A DNA stretch of 64,000 bases from an uncultured Chloroflexia bacterium (GCA_963760315.1 CAVXCK010000007.1:268481-332480), one strand, 5' to 3'. Positions 30,383-41,606 are shown, counted from the stretch's first letter. Notes: generated from the sequence alone by a model not told the origin. A program made the numbers and translations.

Positions 30383-31395
30383 ATGAGAACGTCAGATTTT
30401 GATTACATACTGCCTCCAGAATATATCGCCCAGACTCCTGTGGAACCGCGCAATTCGTCGCGCTTGCTGGTATTGCATCGTGACACGGGAGCACTGGAAC
30501 ACCGTGTTTTTAGTGAGATCGGACAATATCTACATCCCGGGGATCTCCTGGTTGTCAACCGGACGCGTGTCATCCCTGCCCGGATCTATGCCCGAAAAGC
30601 CACCGGAGGCCGTGTCGAAGTTCTGCTTCTTCGCCGGGAGGATTTATTAACCTGGGAATGTGTGGTGGGTGGGAAGGGCTTATCTGCTGGAAAGATGATC
30701 ACCGTCGAAAATGGTCCGACCGCTGAAATTGCGCAAGAGCTGGAAGGTTCGCGCCGCCAGATACGTTTTGCTGAACCAATCGAGCCGTATTTTCCGAAAG
30801 TTGGCAACGTTCCCCTGCCGCCTTACATCCACGAACCGCTGAAGGATCCTGAGCGCTACCAGACCGTCTACGCGCGTGACCCCGGTTCCGCTGCCGCGCC
30901 AACCGCCGGTTTGCACTTTACGCACCGGCTGATGGATGAACTCAAGTCGCAGGGTATCAATTTTGCCGAAGTCACCCTGCATGTCGGATTGGATACTTTT
31001 GCTCCGGTAATCGAAGATGACCCCGAGGAACACCAAATTCACACCGAGTGGTGTGAAATCTTGCCGGCGACGGTGGAAGCCCTCACCATGACGCGTCAAA
31101 CCGGCGGGAAAATCATTGCGGTAGGGACGACCTCCATGAGGACAATTGAATCCGCGGCAAAAGCAGGGAAAAATGGCATCTTGTCTTACAGCGGATCGAC
31201 AAATTTATATATCCTGCCCGGTTATCGGTTTAAACTGGTAGATGGCATGATCACCAATTTTCATCTGCCCAAGTCCACCCTTATCATGTTGGTCAGTGCA
31301 TTTGCTGGGCGCGAGAAATTCTGCAAGCTTACGAAGTCGCCATGCAGGAAAAGTACCGCTTCTATTCCTTCGGGGACGCTATGCTTATCCTATGA
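30383..31395 (+). pseudogene. queA: S-adenosylmethionine:tRNA ribosyltransferase-isomerase QueA, one frameshift near 31320
   Basis: MRTSDFDYILPPEYIAQTPVEPRNSSRLLVL...VNRTRVIPAR. The shifted frame restores [25 protein letters not shown], with stop at 31393..31395. Confidence 0.9.
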
Positions 31396-32059
31396 GCCTC
31401 GCTAAACTCAATGTCGAACTCCTGTCTTGCCGGCGCTGTCCGCGTCTAGTGGAATGGCGCGAGCATGTGGCGCGTGAGAAACGGCGCGCCTATCGGGATT
31501 GGGAATATTGGGGCAAGCCCGTGCCTGGATTCGGCGATTCACGGGCGCGTGTCTTTGTGGTTGGCCTGGCCCCCGGCGCACACGGTTCAAACCGGACCGG
31601 TAGGCAGTTTACCGGTGACGCCTCGGTGATTTCCTCTACCCTGCCCTATATCGAGCAGGGTTCGCATCTCAGCCCAATTCTATTTCCAGAGAAGATGGCC
31701 TGATTCTCACCAATCTGTACACTGCTCCCATCTGTCGCTGCGTGCCGCCAGATAACAAACCCACGTCTTTGGAAATGGCGAATTGCCGGCAATACCTAAA
31801 GGATGAACTCAAAATCATTAAGCCGAAAGTCATCGTCGCGCTGGGAAGGATTGCTTTTGATGGCGTCTTGCGGATAATTACTATAAACGCTCAATCCGTA
31901 TCATTCGCTCATGGTGCCTTCTATCAACTGCCTTCTGGATCTTGGTTGGTTTGCTCATATCACCCCAGTCGGCAAAACACCCAAACCGGACGCCTGAGTG
32001 CGGATATGTTTGATCAGGTCTGGAAGACGGTCAGAGAATTATTATCACTCCCAGCATAA
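31392..32059 (+). pseudogene. uracil-DNA glycosylase, family 4/5 (UdgB-like), at least 2 frame changes
   Basis: CRRCPRL cysteine cluster and [19 protein letters not shown] motif. The C-terminal piece is 31742..32059 (SYHPSRQNTQTGRL). The ATG overlaps the queA stop (ATGA). Confidence 0.65.
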
Positions 32060-32143
32060 ATTCTTGACATAAATTGTGGCAGCCAAGAGGTAAGAAGGAA
32101 ACGACGATTCGAGTTCAAATAATTACGCAGTAAACTATGGAAG

Positions 32144-33199
32144 GTGATTGCATTGCATATTAATTTTGGCTCGATTGCCCTGCTCGGTTCTGGTGAGACT
32201 TCCCTTGCTGGTGGGCGTATCTTCGAAACGATGGCCCAGCGACAACCTAAACCTGTCCACATTGCCTTGCTGGAGACGCCTGCAGGCTTTGAATTAAACT
32301 CACCGCAGGTTGCATGGCGTGTGGGAGAGTTCCTTAGGACGCGCCTGCAAACCTTTAACCCGATTGTGGATGTGATTCCAGCCCGCAAACGCGGAACGCC
32401 CTTCAGCCCGGATGAGCCGGAAGTGCTTCAAGCACTCCTGCTCGCTGACCTAATCTTCATGGGTCCAGGATCACCAACTTATGCTGTCCGCCAGTTGCAG
32501 GGAAGTCTGGCCTGGGATCTGGTGCGAGCGCGCCATCGGCAGGGCGCGGCACTGGTCTTTGCCAGCGCTGCGACGATAGCCATCGGTAACCATACCCTGC
32601 CAGTTTACGAAATTTACAAAGTCGGCGAAGACGTACGCGCTGTTCCTGGTCTGGGGCTATTTGCAGATTTTGGCTTGTCACTTTCGTTCATACCGCACTG
32701 GAATAACACGGATGGTGGCGCAGACGTGGATACCAGCCGCTGTTTCGTTGGCATGGATCGTTTTTCCCTCTGGCTTGAAATGCTGCCTCCCGGTCATACC
32801 ATCGTTGGATTGGATGAGCATACCAGTCTTATTATTGATTTTGAGACCGTGAAATGCACTGTCAACGGGATTGGTTCGGTGACTCTATTACGCCAAGGCA
32901 ACCCGGAAGATTATCCAGCTGGAAGCGTGTTTCCAATTGAGGAGTTGGGTGATTTCCATTATCCTGCACAGTTTGAAGATGGGATTTCTACCGCAGCTTG
33001 GAAAATGATCAAAAACGCTGCACTGTCTGAGGGGCTGGACGATGCACCTGCCGAGGTCGTGCGCTTGGCAGAAGAGCGACAGCAGGCACGTCTCCGAAAA
33101 GATTGGGCGGCTGCAGATATTTTCCGCCAGCAGATTGAAGTTTTTGGTTGGGTGGTTCAGGATACTCCAGAAGGGCAAAAGATTGTCAGACAATCTTGA
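32144..33199 (+). CDS. peptidase S51/cyanophycinase-like (class I amidotransferase-like) domain fused to a CysRS C-terminal-like helical tail
   Basis: Intact 351-aa ORF. N-terminal part IALLGSGETS...IFMGPGSPTY. The last ~50 aa (LAEERQQARLRKDWAAADIFRQQIEVFGWVVQDTPEGQ) resemble the extreme C-terminus of cysteinyl-tRNA synthetases. Confidence 0.4.
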   Translation: MIALHINFGSIALLGSGETSLAGGRIFETMAQRQPKPVHIALLETPAGFELNSPQVAWRVGEFLRTRLQTFNPIVDVIPARKRGTPFSPDEPEVLQALLLADLIFMGPGSPTYAVRQLQGSLAWDLVRARHRQGAALVFASAATIAIGNHTLPVYEIYKVGEDVRAVPGLGLFADFGLSLSFIPHWNNTDGGADVDTSRCFVGMDRFSLWLEMLPPGHTIVGLDEHTSLIIDFETVKCTVNGIGSVTLLRQGNPEDYPAGSVFPIEELGDFHYPAQFEDGISTAAWKMIKNAALSEGLDDAPAEVVRLAEERQQARLRKDWAAADIFRQQIEVFGWVVQDTPEGQKIVRQS

Positions 33200-33237
33200 A
33201 ATACGTTACAATATGTGTTGTTGATAAGGAGCATCTT

Positions 33238-34533
33238 GTGCGCGCGGTTGACATTATCATCAAGAAACGAGAAAATCAAGAACTCACCGGGGAGGAGATT
33301 AAATTCTTCGTGGACGGTTTCACCCACGGCGAAATTCCTGACTATCAAGTCTCAGCATGGGCAATGGCCGTCTTGCTCAATGGGATGACACCGCGCGAAA
33401 CCACTGATCTGACCCTGGCGATGGCTCACTCTGGTGAAATTCTCGATCTCTCCGGTGTCGTAAAAATCGCCATGGACAAGCATTCTTCTGGCGGGGTGGG
33501 GGATAAGACGACCCTCGTTGTCTTGCCGATTGTGGTTGCCTGTGGCTTGCCGGTCGGCAAGATGTCGGGGCGCGGGCTGGGTTTTAGTGGTGGAACGCTC
33601 GATAAAATGGAGTCCATCCCCGGCTATCGGGTCAATCTCACAACCGACGAATTCAAGAAACAACTTCGAAATGATGGTATTGTTCTCACTGGCCAGTCGC
33701 TCGATCTGGCACCTGCCGATGGTAAATTGTATGCACTGCGGGATGTGACCGGTACGGTGCAGTCTATCCCGCTGATTGCCTCTTCCATTATGAGCAAAAA
33801 AATTGCCGCTGGTGCGCAGGCTATTGTACTGGATATCAAGGTAGGTATTGGTGCGTTCATGGAGACTCTCGACGAGGCCCGCACACTGGCAAACCTGATG
33901 ACGGACATCGGCAGGCAGGCAGGACGTGAAGTGGTGACTCTTCTATCTGATATGAACCAGCCTCTAGGCGATGCGGTGGGAAATTCATTAGAAGTGGTTG
34001 AGGCAATAAACACCCTTCACAGCCATGGCCCGGCAGATTTCCACGAGCACTGCCTGCATGTAAGTGCTCATATGCTGGTGCTTGGGCATCGCGCCCCTGA
34101 TCTCGAGTCAGGTCATCGTATGGCGGAGGCGGCTATCGCCTCGGGTGCGGCTTTTGAAAAGTTCCGCGTCCTGGTCAGTGCCCAGGGTGGAGACGTGTCA
34201 TTTGTGGATGCTCCTGGAAAATTCCCCAAGGCGGAATTTATCGAGGTTATGAAATCTGATCGAAGTGGAACGCTATTCCAAGTTAATGCCCGCATGATCG
34301 GTGAAGCGGCTGTGGCACTTGGCGCCGGACGTGCAAGGAAAGGCGACCCTGTGGACCATGCAGTTGGCCTCATCATCCATCGCAAGGTTGGGGAACGGGT
34401 GGAGAAGGGGGAACCGCTGTTCACTATCTACGCGAATGACGCATCGAAGCTGACCCAGGTACGGGAAGGCCTTCAAGCAGCGTTTGAGTGGAGCGATACG
34501 CCTGTCGCTTCGCTGCCTCTCTTTTATGATTAG
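33238..34533 (+). CDS. pdp: pyrimidine-nucleoside (thymidine) phosphorylase
   Basis: GTG start 6 nt after AAGGAG (33226..33231). Motifs DKHSSGGVGDKT, GRGLGFSGGTLDK and SIMSKK. Intact. Confidence 0.9.
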   Translation: MRAVDIIIKKRENQELTGEEIKFFVDGFTHGEIPDYQVSAWAMAVLLNGMTPRETTDLTLAMAHSGEILDLSGVVKIAMDKHSSGGVGDKTTLVVLPIVVACGLPVGKMSGRGLGFSGGTLDKMESIPGYRVNLTTDEFKKQLRNDGIVLTGQSLDLAPADGKLYALRDVTGTVQSIPLIASSIMSKKIAAGAQAIVLDIKVGIGAFMETLDEARTLANLMTDIGRQAGREVVTLLSDMNQPLGDAVGNSLEVVEAINTLHSHGPADFHEHCLHVSAHMLVLGHRAPDLESGHRMAEAAIASGAAFEKFRVLVSAQGGDVSFVDAPGKFPKAEFIEVMKSDRSGTLFQVNARMIGEAAVALGAGRARKGDPVDHAVGLIIHRKVGERVEKGEPLFTIYANDASKLTQVREGLQAAFEWSDTPVASLPLFYD

Positions 34534-34622
34534 CTTGGATTGGGTAGAAATCGCCCGATTTTACGATAAAATGCAATTGCATAATCTAAATAATTAGTGC
34601 ATAATAGAGAAAGGAGCGTGCC

Positions 34623-37320
34623 ATGGCCAAAGTAGCTCTCCGTGTATATAATCGTGAAATTGAAGGCATGATCGAAAGTGGACTTCTTGACGAGTCTGTC
34701 GCTCATTGCCTGCACATTCTTAAAACTTTTCCGATGCACGTCGAGACATACCGGCTTCTGGGAAAAAGTTTTCTCGAAGCCCGACGCTATGCAGACGCTG
34801 CTGATATCTTCCAGCGTGTCTTGATGGCTGTGCCGGATGATTTTGTATCCCATGTGGGGATGAGTATCATCCGCGACGATGAAGGCAAACTGGATGATGC
34901 CATTTGGCACATGGAGCGCGCTTTCGAAGATCAACCCTCCAATGCCGCCATCCAAAGCGAACTCCGCCGCTTGTATGGCCGGCGGGACGGTGTTGAACCG
35001 CCCAAGATCCGCTTGAGCCGGGATGCGCTCGCCAACTTGTATTCGCAGGGCGAACTTTTCAATCAAGCCATTGCAGAGATCCGCGCAGTGCTGGCTGAAG
35101 ATACCAACCGTCCTGACTTGCAGGTTATGCTCGCGCGCGCATATTATCGAGCCGGGCAAAAAGTGGAGGCTGCCGAAATGGCGGCTAACTTGCTCAAGAA
35201 ATACACGTATTGCATGGATGCTCTCCGTATCTTGGTGGATGTGCTTCCGGGGACTGCGCGTGCCGAAAACACCCAGGTATATCGGCAGCGCCTGGGTATG
35301 CTTGACCCGTATTCATCTTTCGTTACTGGTTCCACCTTCACCTCCGATCAGGTGGCCGACATGTCTATAAATTTGGAACGATTGGAATACAAAACCGGCG
35401 CTGCTCCACCCCCGCTGCAGTCGGACTGGGCTTCTAATTTGGGCATCAAGCTGGCGGACGAAAAACACGTCGAACCAGCTCCGGAATGGATGACAACCGA
35501 TGATTCCAAGAAACAACCCCAAGCTGCAGCAATGGATTCTTCTGAACCTAAAGCAATTCCCCCTAAAGATAATATCCCCGTCCCGGATTGGATGCGTTCC
35601 GCTGGTTGGACAGAATCCAGCGATAAAGCGCAGGAAGAACCGGGGGACCTTGAGGCAGAGCAACCCGCTGAACCGATTGCCAAGGCCGATATTCCCGACT
35701 GGCTTAAATCCATGGCACCGCATGAAGTGACCGATGCAGCGAATACTGATTCCAATCCTGTTCCGACCGATGCTCCATCTCCGAGCGAAGAAGAGGCTCC
35801 CGACTGGTTAAAGAAATTGGCAACAGCCGGAGGGAGCGCCAATTCCAGTCCATCCAGACGCGAGGAATCATCCCCGGATAGAACTGCTTTGCCCGATTGG
35901 CTCAAGGGAATTGGCGATGGCGCTTCTGCTGGTGCAAACGCGCCATCTGTTTCCGATGGGTTGGAAGTACCCAAAGCTGAAGAAACTGTCGGATTCAACC
36001 CAGCCTGCCTCGATTCCACCAGCTTCTCAAGCCCGTGAAGAGGCACCAATCAGTACGCCTCGCTCGGTTGATGGTACGCCCTCCCAGACGACAGGTGAAT
36101 CCAAGCCGCTCAATATTGAAGATGATGCCATGGCCTGGCTGGAAAGTCTGGCAGCCAAACAGGGTGTAAAAGTAAAGGATGAAGGACCCCTGGCCAAGCC
36201 AGAAAATCGCTCGGCCGAAACACCTGATAGGTTGCGTTCCGCTGATGGACAACCTTCTGTTCCAAGTGAGCCGGTAGCTTCTCCTTCAGCAGGCGTAACG
36301 TCGATATTAGAACCAATTGCCCCGCCTGCCGAAGAGTTGGTGGCTCATGAACCTGCGCCTTCCGCAGGAATCCCGCCACTTACTGCTCCCACCGAAGGGA
36401 CTACCAAACCACCCACCCATGAAAAGGATACAATGAACTGGCTGGATGGGTTGGCGGCCGAGGAGAGTACCAAACCGGACGAATCACGACCCGTTCCCGG
36501 TGAGCATACCGAGACTCCGCCTGATTGGATGGACAAAGCGACCGGGGAGCATGCGGCTTCGGATGGAACCTTCGCCTCTGAAATCCCCCAAGAGGATGTT
36601 ACCATTACCTCCTGGCTGAAAAAACAGGATGTTAAAAAAGCCCTGGGCAAAGACAAACCCACTCCCGAGGCACCGCAACCGGCAGCCACGCCATCCGAAG
36701 AATTGCCCGATTGGCTGAAAGATATAAAAAAGCCGGTCGCACCGGAAGCAACAGCAAAACCGGCTGAAGAGTTGCCGGATTGGCTTCGTCAGGCAGCACA
36801 CCCCGCAGATCAAGGTACCCCTGTAGTCCCGACGACTGAAAGTGCCTTGGAACCGAAAACACCTTCTTGGACGGATGAAACAATCCGAATGCCGAAACCG
36901 CCTGCACCAACAATCCCCGGAGAATGGGTTCCGGTGGATGGGAAACCTGCCCCGGCTCCGACTCCTGAACCGGCAGCAAAACCAGCTTCGTCTGCTGTTG
37001 AATCTCCTGTCCAGCTACAAGTTCTCGGAGGGACCGGGATGCTGGCGCGCATTCCCGCTCAAGATAAGGATGGTGAATTCCTGGCGGCGGCACAAGCCGC
37101 ACTGGATACCCACAAACTAGACGAAGCCATGCAAGCATATGCCAAGCTAATTAAAAAGAATCGCTTGTTGGATGAGGTTATTCACGATTTGCGCGAAGCG
37201 ATCTATCGCTTCCCGGTGGATATCATCGTCTGGCAGACTCTGGGTGACGCTTCCATGCGTGCCAATCGGTTGCAGGATGCCCTCGACGCTTATACCAAAG
37301 CCGAAGAACTATTACGGTGA
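34623..37320 (+). pseudogene. large TPR protein with acidic/proline-rich PDW(L/M) repeat linker, one frameshift near 35990
   Basis: N-terminal TPR-like helices (34623..), a low-complexity centre, and a C-terminal TPR-like end (KLDEAMQAYAKLIKK...ALDAYTKAEELLR). The pieces are 34623..36038 and 35911..37320. Confidence 0.6.
35583..36789 (+). repeat. intragenic degenerate repeats encoding 7 x PDW(L/M)(K/R/D) motifs
   Basis: The motifs PDWMRS, PDWLKS, PDWLKK, PDWLKG, PDWMDK, PDWLKD and PDWLRQ are read directly from the two ORF pieces. Three related xWL(E/D)xLAA motifs are also present. Confidence 0.6.
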
Positions 37321-37373
37321 GAGCGGAAATCATTTCCAATGTGACGACGCCTACCCGGCATGGTAAAATCTAG

Positions 37374-37405
37374 ACCTCGAGATTAAATCTTCTCGAGGTT
37401 ATTTT
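37374..37405 (+). terminator. stem-loop + T-tract between the TPR gene and ndk
   Basis: ACCTCGAGA (37374..37382) pairs with TCTCGAGGT (37391..37399), followed by TATTTT. Confidence 0.5.
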
Positions 37406-37422
37406 CCAAAACGGAGAAAATC

Positions 37423-37878
37423 ATGGAACGATCACTCGTGCTTGTCAAACCTGACGGTGTCCAGCGAGGATTGATTGGCGAAGTTATCAGCCGTCTCGAA
37501 CGCCGTGGGCTGCGGCTGATGGCCGCGAAATTCTTACAAGTCAGCCAGGAACTGGCCGAGACGCATTATGCTATTCACAAAGGCAAACCCTTTTATGATG
37601 GTTTGATTGAGTATATTACCTCTGCGCCGGTCATGGCGATGGTCTGGGAAGGGCCGAATGCTGTTGCCGCCATCCGCCAGACGATGGGTGCCACCCGCCC
37701 GACTGATGCCGCACCTGGCTCGCTGCGCCACGATTTTGCACTTGAAATAGGCCGCAACCTGACCCACGCCTCGGATACGGTCGAAAATGGTGAAAAAGAA
37801 GTCGCACTTTGGTTCAAACCCGGTGAATTGGTGGACTGGAAACGTGAAACCGACCGCTGGATATTTGAGAAGAGTTAG
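37423..37878 (+). CDS. ndk: nucleoside diphosphate kinase
   Basis: Intact 151-aa ORF with MERSLVLVKPDGVQRGLIGEVISR..., NLTHASD and a conserved histidine region. Confidence 0.95.
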   Translation: MERSLVLVKPDGVQRGLIGEVISRLERRGLRLMAAKFLQVSQELAETHYAIHKGKPFYDGLIEYITSAPVMAMVWEGPNAVAAIRQTMGATRPTDAAPGSLRHDFALEIGRNLTHASDTVENGEKEVALWFKPGELVDWKRETDRWIFEKS

Positions 37879-38018
37879 CATGGCTGGAAGACTGACTGAT
37901 GTTTACTTTGGATAGTCTCATTTTCAATTGTTTATTCCGATAGACATTTGAACAGTCAAAATATAATAATCATACTAATATAATCATATCCGATCCTACA
38001 CAGCAAAAGGAGTATTTC

Positions 38019-38670
38019 ATGACCGAAGAACTTTTCCAGAAAATGGCGCAGAGCGTCCTTGACGGGGATTCTGATGCCGCTATCGCCTTGGCGAAGCAGG
38101 TCAATCGAAGCCGGCATTGACCCGCTGGAGGCCATTACCAAAGGCTTTGTGGCAGGCGTCAACCAGGTTGGCGAAAGTTTTGCCAGCGGGCAGGCTTTCC
38201 TGCCAGAACTGGTGATGGCGGGAGAAGCCATGAAAGCCGCCGTTTCCACCCTGGAACCTGAAATGCAGAAGCGTGGCTTGCATCGAACGATGCTTGGGAA
38301 GGTCGTTCTGGCAACTGTTGAAGGCGATATTCACGAGATTGGTAAATCGCTGGTGGGGACGATGCTCTCAGCCTCCGGCTTTCAGGTCTATGATCTGGGC
38401 GTGGATGTCCCGGCGGCCAAGATCATTGCCAAGGTCCAGGAAGTGGGCGCTGACCTTGTCGGCTTGAGTGCTCTGTTGACAACCACCATGGTCAAGCAGA
38501 AGGAAGTGATTGACGAACTGGATAAGCTGGGTTTGCGCAAGAAGGTCAAAGTGATGGTGGGCGGTGCGCCCGTGACCCGCGACTGGGTTCAGAAGATCGA
38601 AGCGGACGGTTACTCCGAAGATGCCATCGGCGCGGTTGGTCTGGCCAAGCAACTGGTTGGGGCAGCATAA
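38019..38670 (+). pseudogene. corrinoid (cobalamin-binding) methyl-carrier protein, MtgC/MttC-like, one frameshift near 38100
   Basis: RBS AAAGGAG upstream of the ATG at 38019. B12-binding cap helix region, DxHxxG motif (GDIHEIG), SALLTTT and GGAP. Confidence 0.8.
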
Positions 38671-38688
38671 CCGCACTTGGAGCCTGCC

Positions 38689-40142
38689 ATGCCGAAAACG
38701 ATCAAGTCCATCACCAATCCGAAACTGCGGTTGGAAATATTGACGCCGCAGGAAGTCAAAAAAATCCATGATGCCACACTGTGGATCATCGAAAAGGTTG
38801 GCGTGCGCTTCCCCTCCAAACGTGCATTGGAAATCTGGGCAGCACATGGCGCTGAAGTTGACGGCGAGAAAATGGTCGTTCGCGCCAAGGGGGAACTCAT
38901 CGAAAAAGCCTTAAAGACCTGTCCGCCGGTCTATACCCTGGCGGCACGCGACCCGCAACAGGATTTGCCGCTGGACGGCAACCACGTCTTTGTTGGCACG
39001 GACGGCTGCGGCGTGGAAGTGATTGATATCAAGACCGGTCTGCGCCGGACTTCCTGCCTGCAGGATGTGCGGGATATTTCCCGTATCGCCGATGCAACCG
39101 AGGAAGTGGCCTTTCACTGGGTGCCGGTCTCGGCGCAGGACATGCCCCCCGAGACGCGCGGCCTGCACGAGATCAAAGCCATCTGGGAAAATTCCACCAA
39201 GCACGTTCAGACCGAATCCATTTATAACGAACGCGAAGCGCGTGCTGCAATTGAAATGGCGGCGCTGATCGCAGGTGGCAAGGACAAGTTGCGCCAGCGC
39301 CCGGTCCTTTCGCTGATGCAGTGCTCGGCTCCACCGCTTGGGCACGACGGCGGCAGCCTGGATGCGGCGCTGGTGGCTGCTGAATACGGCCTTCCAACCG
39401 GGTTTATGACCATGGCGGCGAACCTGACCACCGGTCCGGCCACACTGGCGGGTAATCTGGCGGTTGGCAATGCCGAAGTAATCGCCGGGACGGCGCTTAT
39501 CCAATTGGCATATCCGGGAGCGCCGGTCTTCTATGCCGCGGCACAGACCGCCTCCGATTTGCGGACAGGAGCCTACACTGGCGGCGGTCCGGAAGATTTC
39601 CTCTACGGTGCGGCCACCAATGTACTCTCAGATTTTTACAATATCCCGCTCTCGATGGGTTCGTTTGCCACCGGGGCGAAGGAACCGAACTGGCAGGCGG
39701 GCATCGAGAACAGCCTGTCCACGTTCATGGCGAGCATTGTCATGTCGGATATGCTGTTGGGTGTGGGCTTTCTTGCATGGCAGCCGCATCTGGTCGTTTG
39801 CCGAGATGATGATGGACTGCGAGATCTTCTCCATCATCCGCAAGACGATGCAAGGCATTGTTGTGGACGATGAGACCCTTGCGCTTGATACGATTGCAGC
39901 GGTTGGCCCGGGCGGCAATTTCCTCTCGCAGAAACATACCCTCAAACACATGCGCGAACTCTTCCTGCCGCAATTCATGGACCGGCGTCCATTCAATGAG
40001 TGGGAGACGAAAAAAGATGATGCCCGTGATTGGGCGCTGGCAAAAGCGCGTAGAACGCTGGAAACGCACCAGCCCGATCCGCTGGACTGAAAAAATCCGC
40101 AATGAAATGGCGAAAATCATTTCATCGCTGGAGAAATCATGA
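38689..40142 (+). pseudogene. MttB-superfamily (non-pyrrolysine) substrate:corrinoid methyltransferase, paralogue 1, 2 frame changes
   Basis: Long family-typical stretches (KIHDATLWIIEKVGVRF, DGCG, FHWVPVSAQD, KHVQTES, AIEMAALI, LAYPGAPVFY). No in-frame TAG. Pieces are 38677..39873, 39533..40090 and 39858..40142. Confidence 0.8.
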
Positions 40143-41606
40143 CTGCGATGCAACCAAAACTCGAACTGCTGACATCTGACCTGATTGCACGCATCCTGGA
40201 TGAGGCTTTCCAGTTGATGCAAAAGCCGGGGATAAAAGTCCAATCTACTGAAGCGCGTGGTTTGCTGATAGAAGGCTGGCGCGACGGCTGACGGGGAGGT
40301 GGTAAATATCCCGGAAGAAATCGTTCGCAAGGCGTTGGATACTGTCCCGGCGGAATTTTATCTCTTTGACCGGAGCGGGAATCCCAAAGTCCATTATGGC
40401 GGGAACTCTGTCCACTTTGATCCGGGTTCATCCGGTGTCCATATCCTCGACCCGGAAACGCTGGAGCACAAACCTTCCTATGCGCCAGACCTGGTGCGCG
40501 TAGTCAAAGTGGCCGAGATGCTCCCGCAGTACGACGCCCAGTCCACGGCCATCGTCTGCAATGAAGTCCCCAAAGCAATTGGCGACCTGTACCGGCTGTA
40601 CATCGTCCTGCTGTTTTCGCAGAAACCAATCGTGACCGGTTCGTTTTCCCTTCAGACCCTCGGCACGATGATTGATATGCTGGCAATTTTCTCCGGTAAC
40701 CGCCGAGGCGCTGGCTGAAAAACCGCAGGCAGTCTTCGATGTATGTCCGTCGCCGCCGCTCATCTGGAGCGAATTTGGCGCAGGTAACCTGATCGAACTG
40801 GCCCGGGCACGTGTCCCTGCGCAGCTCATCTCGATGCCGCTGGCCGGGGCCGCTGCACCGGTAACGTTGCTCGGTTCGGTCGTCCAGCATGCTGCCGAGA
40901 GCTTGAGCGGGATTGCCATCCATCAGCTTGCCAACCCCGGCGCTCCCATCGTCTGGGGCGGCGCGCCGGCCATCTTTGATATGCGCCACGGCACCACGCC
41001 GATGGGCGCCATCGAGACGGCCATGATCGACGCGGCCTATGCCCAGGTCGGCAAGTCGCTCAACCTGCCGACCCATGCCTATCTCGGCGCTTCCGACGCC
41101 AAAATTGTGGATGCCCAGGCCGGGCTGGAAAGCGGGGTTACAGCCCTGGTTGGCGCGCTGGCGGGCATCAACATGATTTCCGGGGCGGGGATGCTCGATT
41201 TCCTGGCCTGTCAAAGCCCGGAGAAGCTTGGTAGTGGATGCCGAAGGGATTGCCATGGCCCAACGTCTTGCTGGCCGGGATCGAAGTCCGCACCGAGACG
41301 CTGGCGACCGCCCTGTTCGAAGGGATCAATTTCAAAGGCGACTTCCTCAAGCAAAAGATCACCCGCGAGCTGTTCCCCAAGGAACAAAATCTACCATCGG
41401 CAGTGATCGACCGGGAATCCCACCGCGGCTGGCAGGCAGCCGGCAGTCTCGATACTTTTGCCCGTGCCAAAATCCGGACCCGTGAACTGCTCGCCGCTTA
41501 CCAACGCCCGAGTTACGCCCCAGAGCAAGAACGTGACCTGCAGGCGATGGTCGAGGACCTAGCTCGCAATGCTGGCATGGACATATTACCTGTGCTGCAA
41601 AGCTGA
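40139..41606 (+). pseudogene. MttB-superfamily methyltransferase, paralogue 2, at least 4 frame changes
   Basis: The ATG overlaps the upstream stop (ATGA). Pieces are 40139.., 40299..40718, 40672..41406, 41228.. and 41238..41606. Motifs PLAGAAAPVTLLGSVVQHAAESLSGIAIHQLANPGAPIVWGG. Confidence 0.75.

Noticed and set aside
35400-36900. A repetitive region as a CRISPR array or other nucleotide repeat.
   Set aside because: The repeats are short, degenerate, irregularly spaced and in-frame (PDWL motif codons). They are protein-level repeats inside the TPR gene.
37879-38018. A cobalamin riboswitch ahead of the corrinoid/MttB genes.
   Set aside because: The gap is only about 140 nt and very AT-rich, with no B12-box-like conserved core or extended helices.
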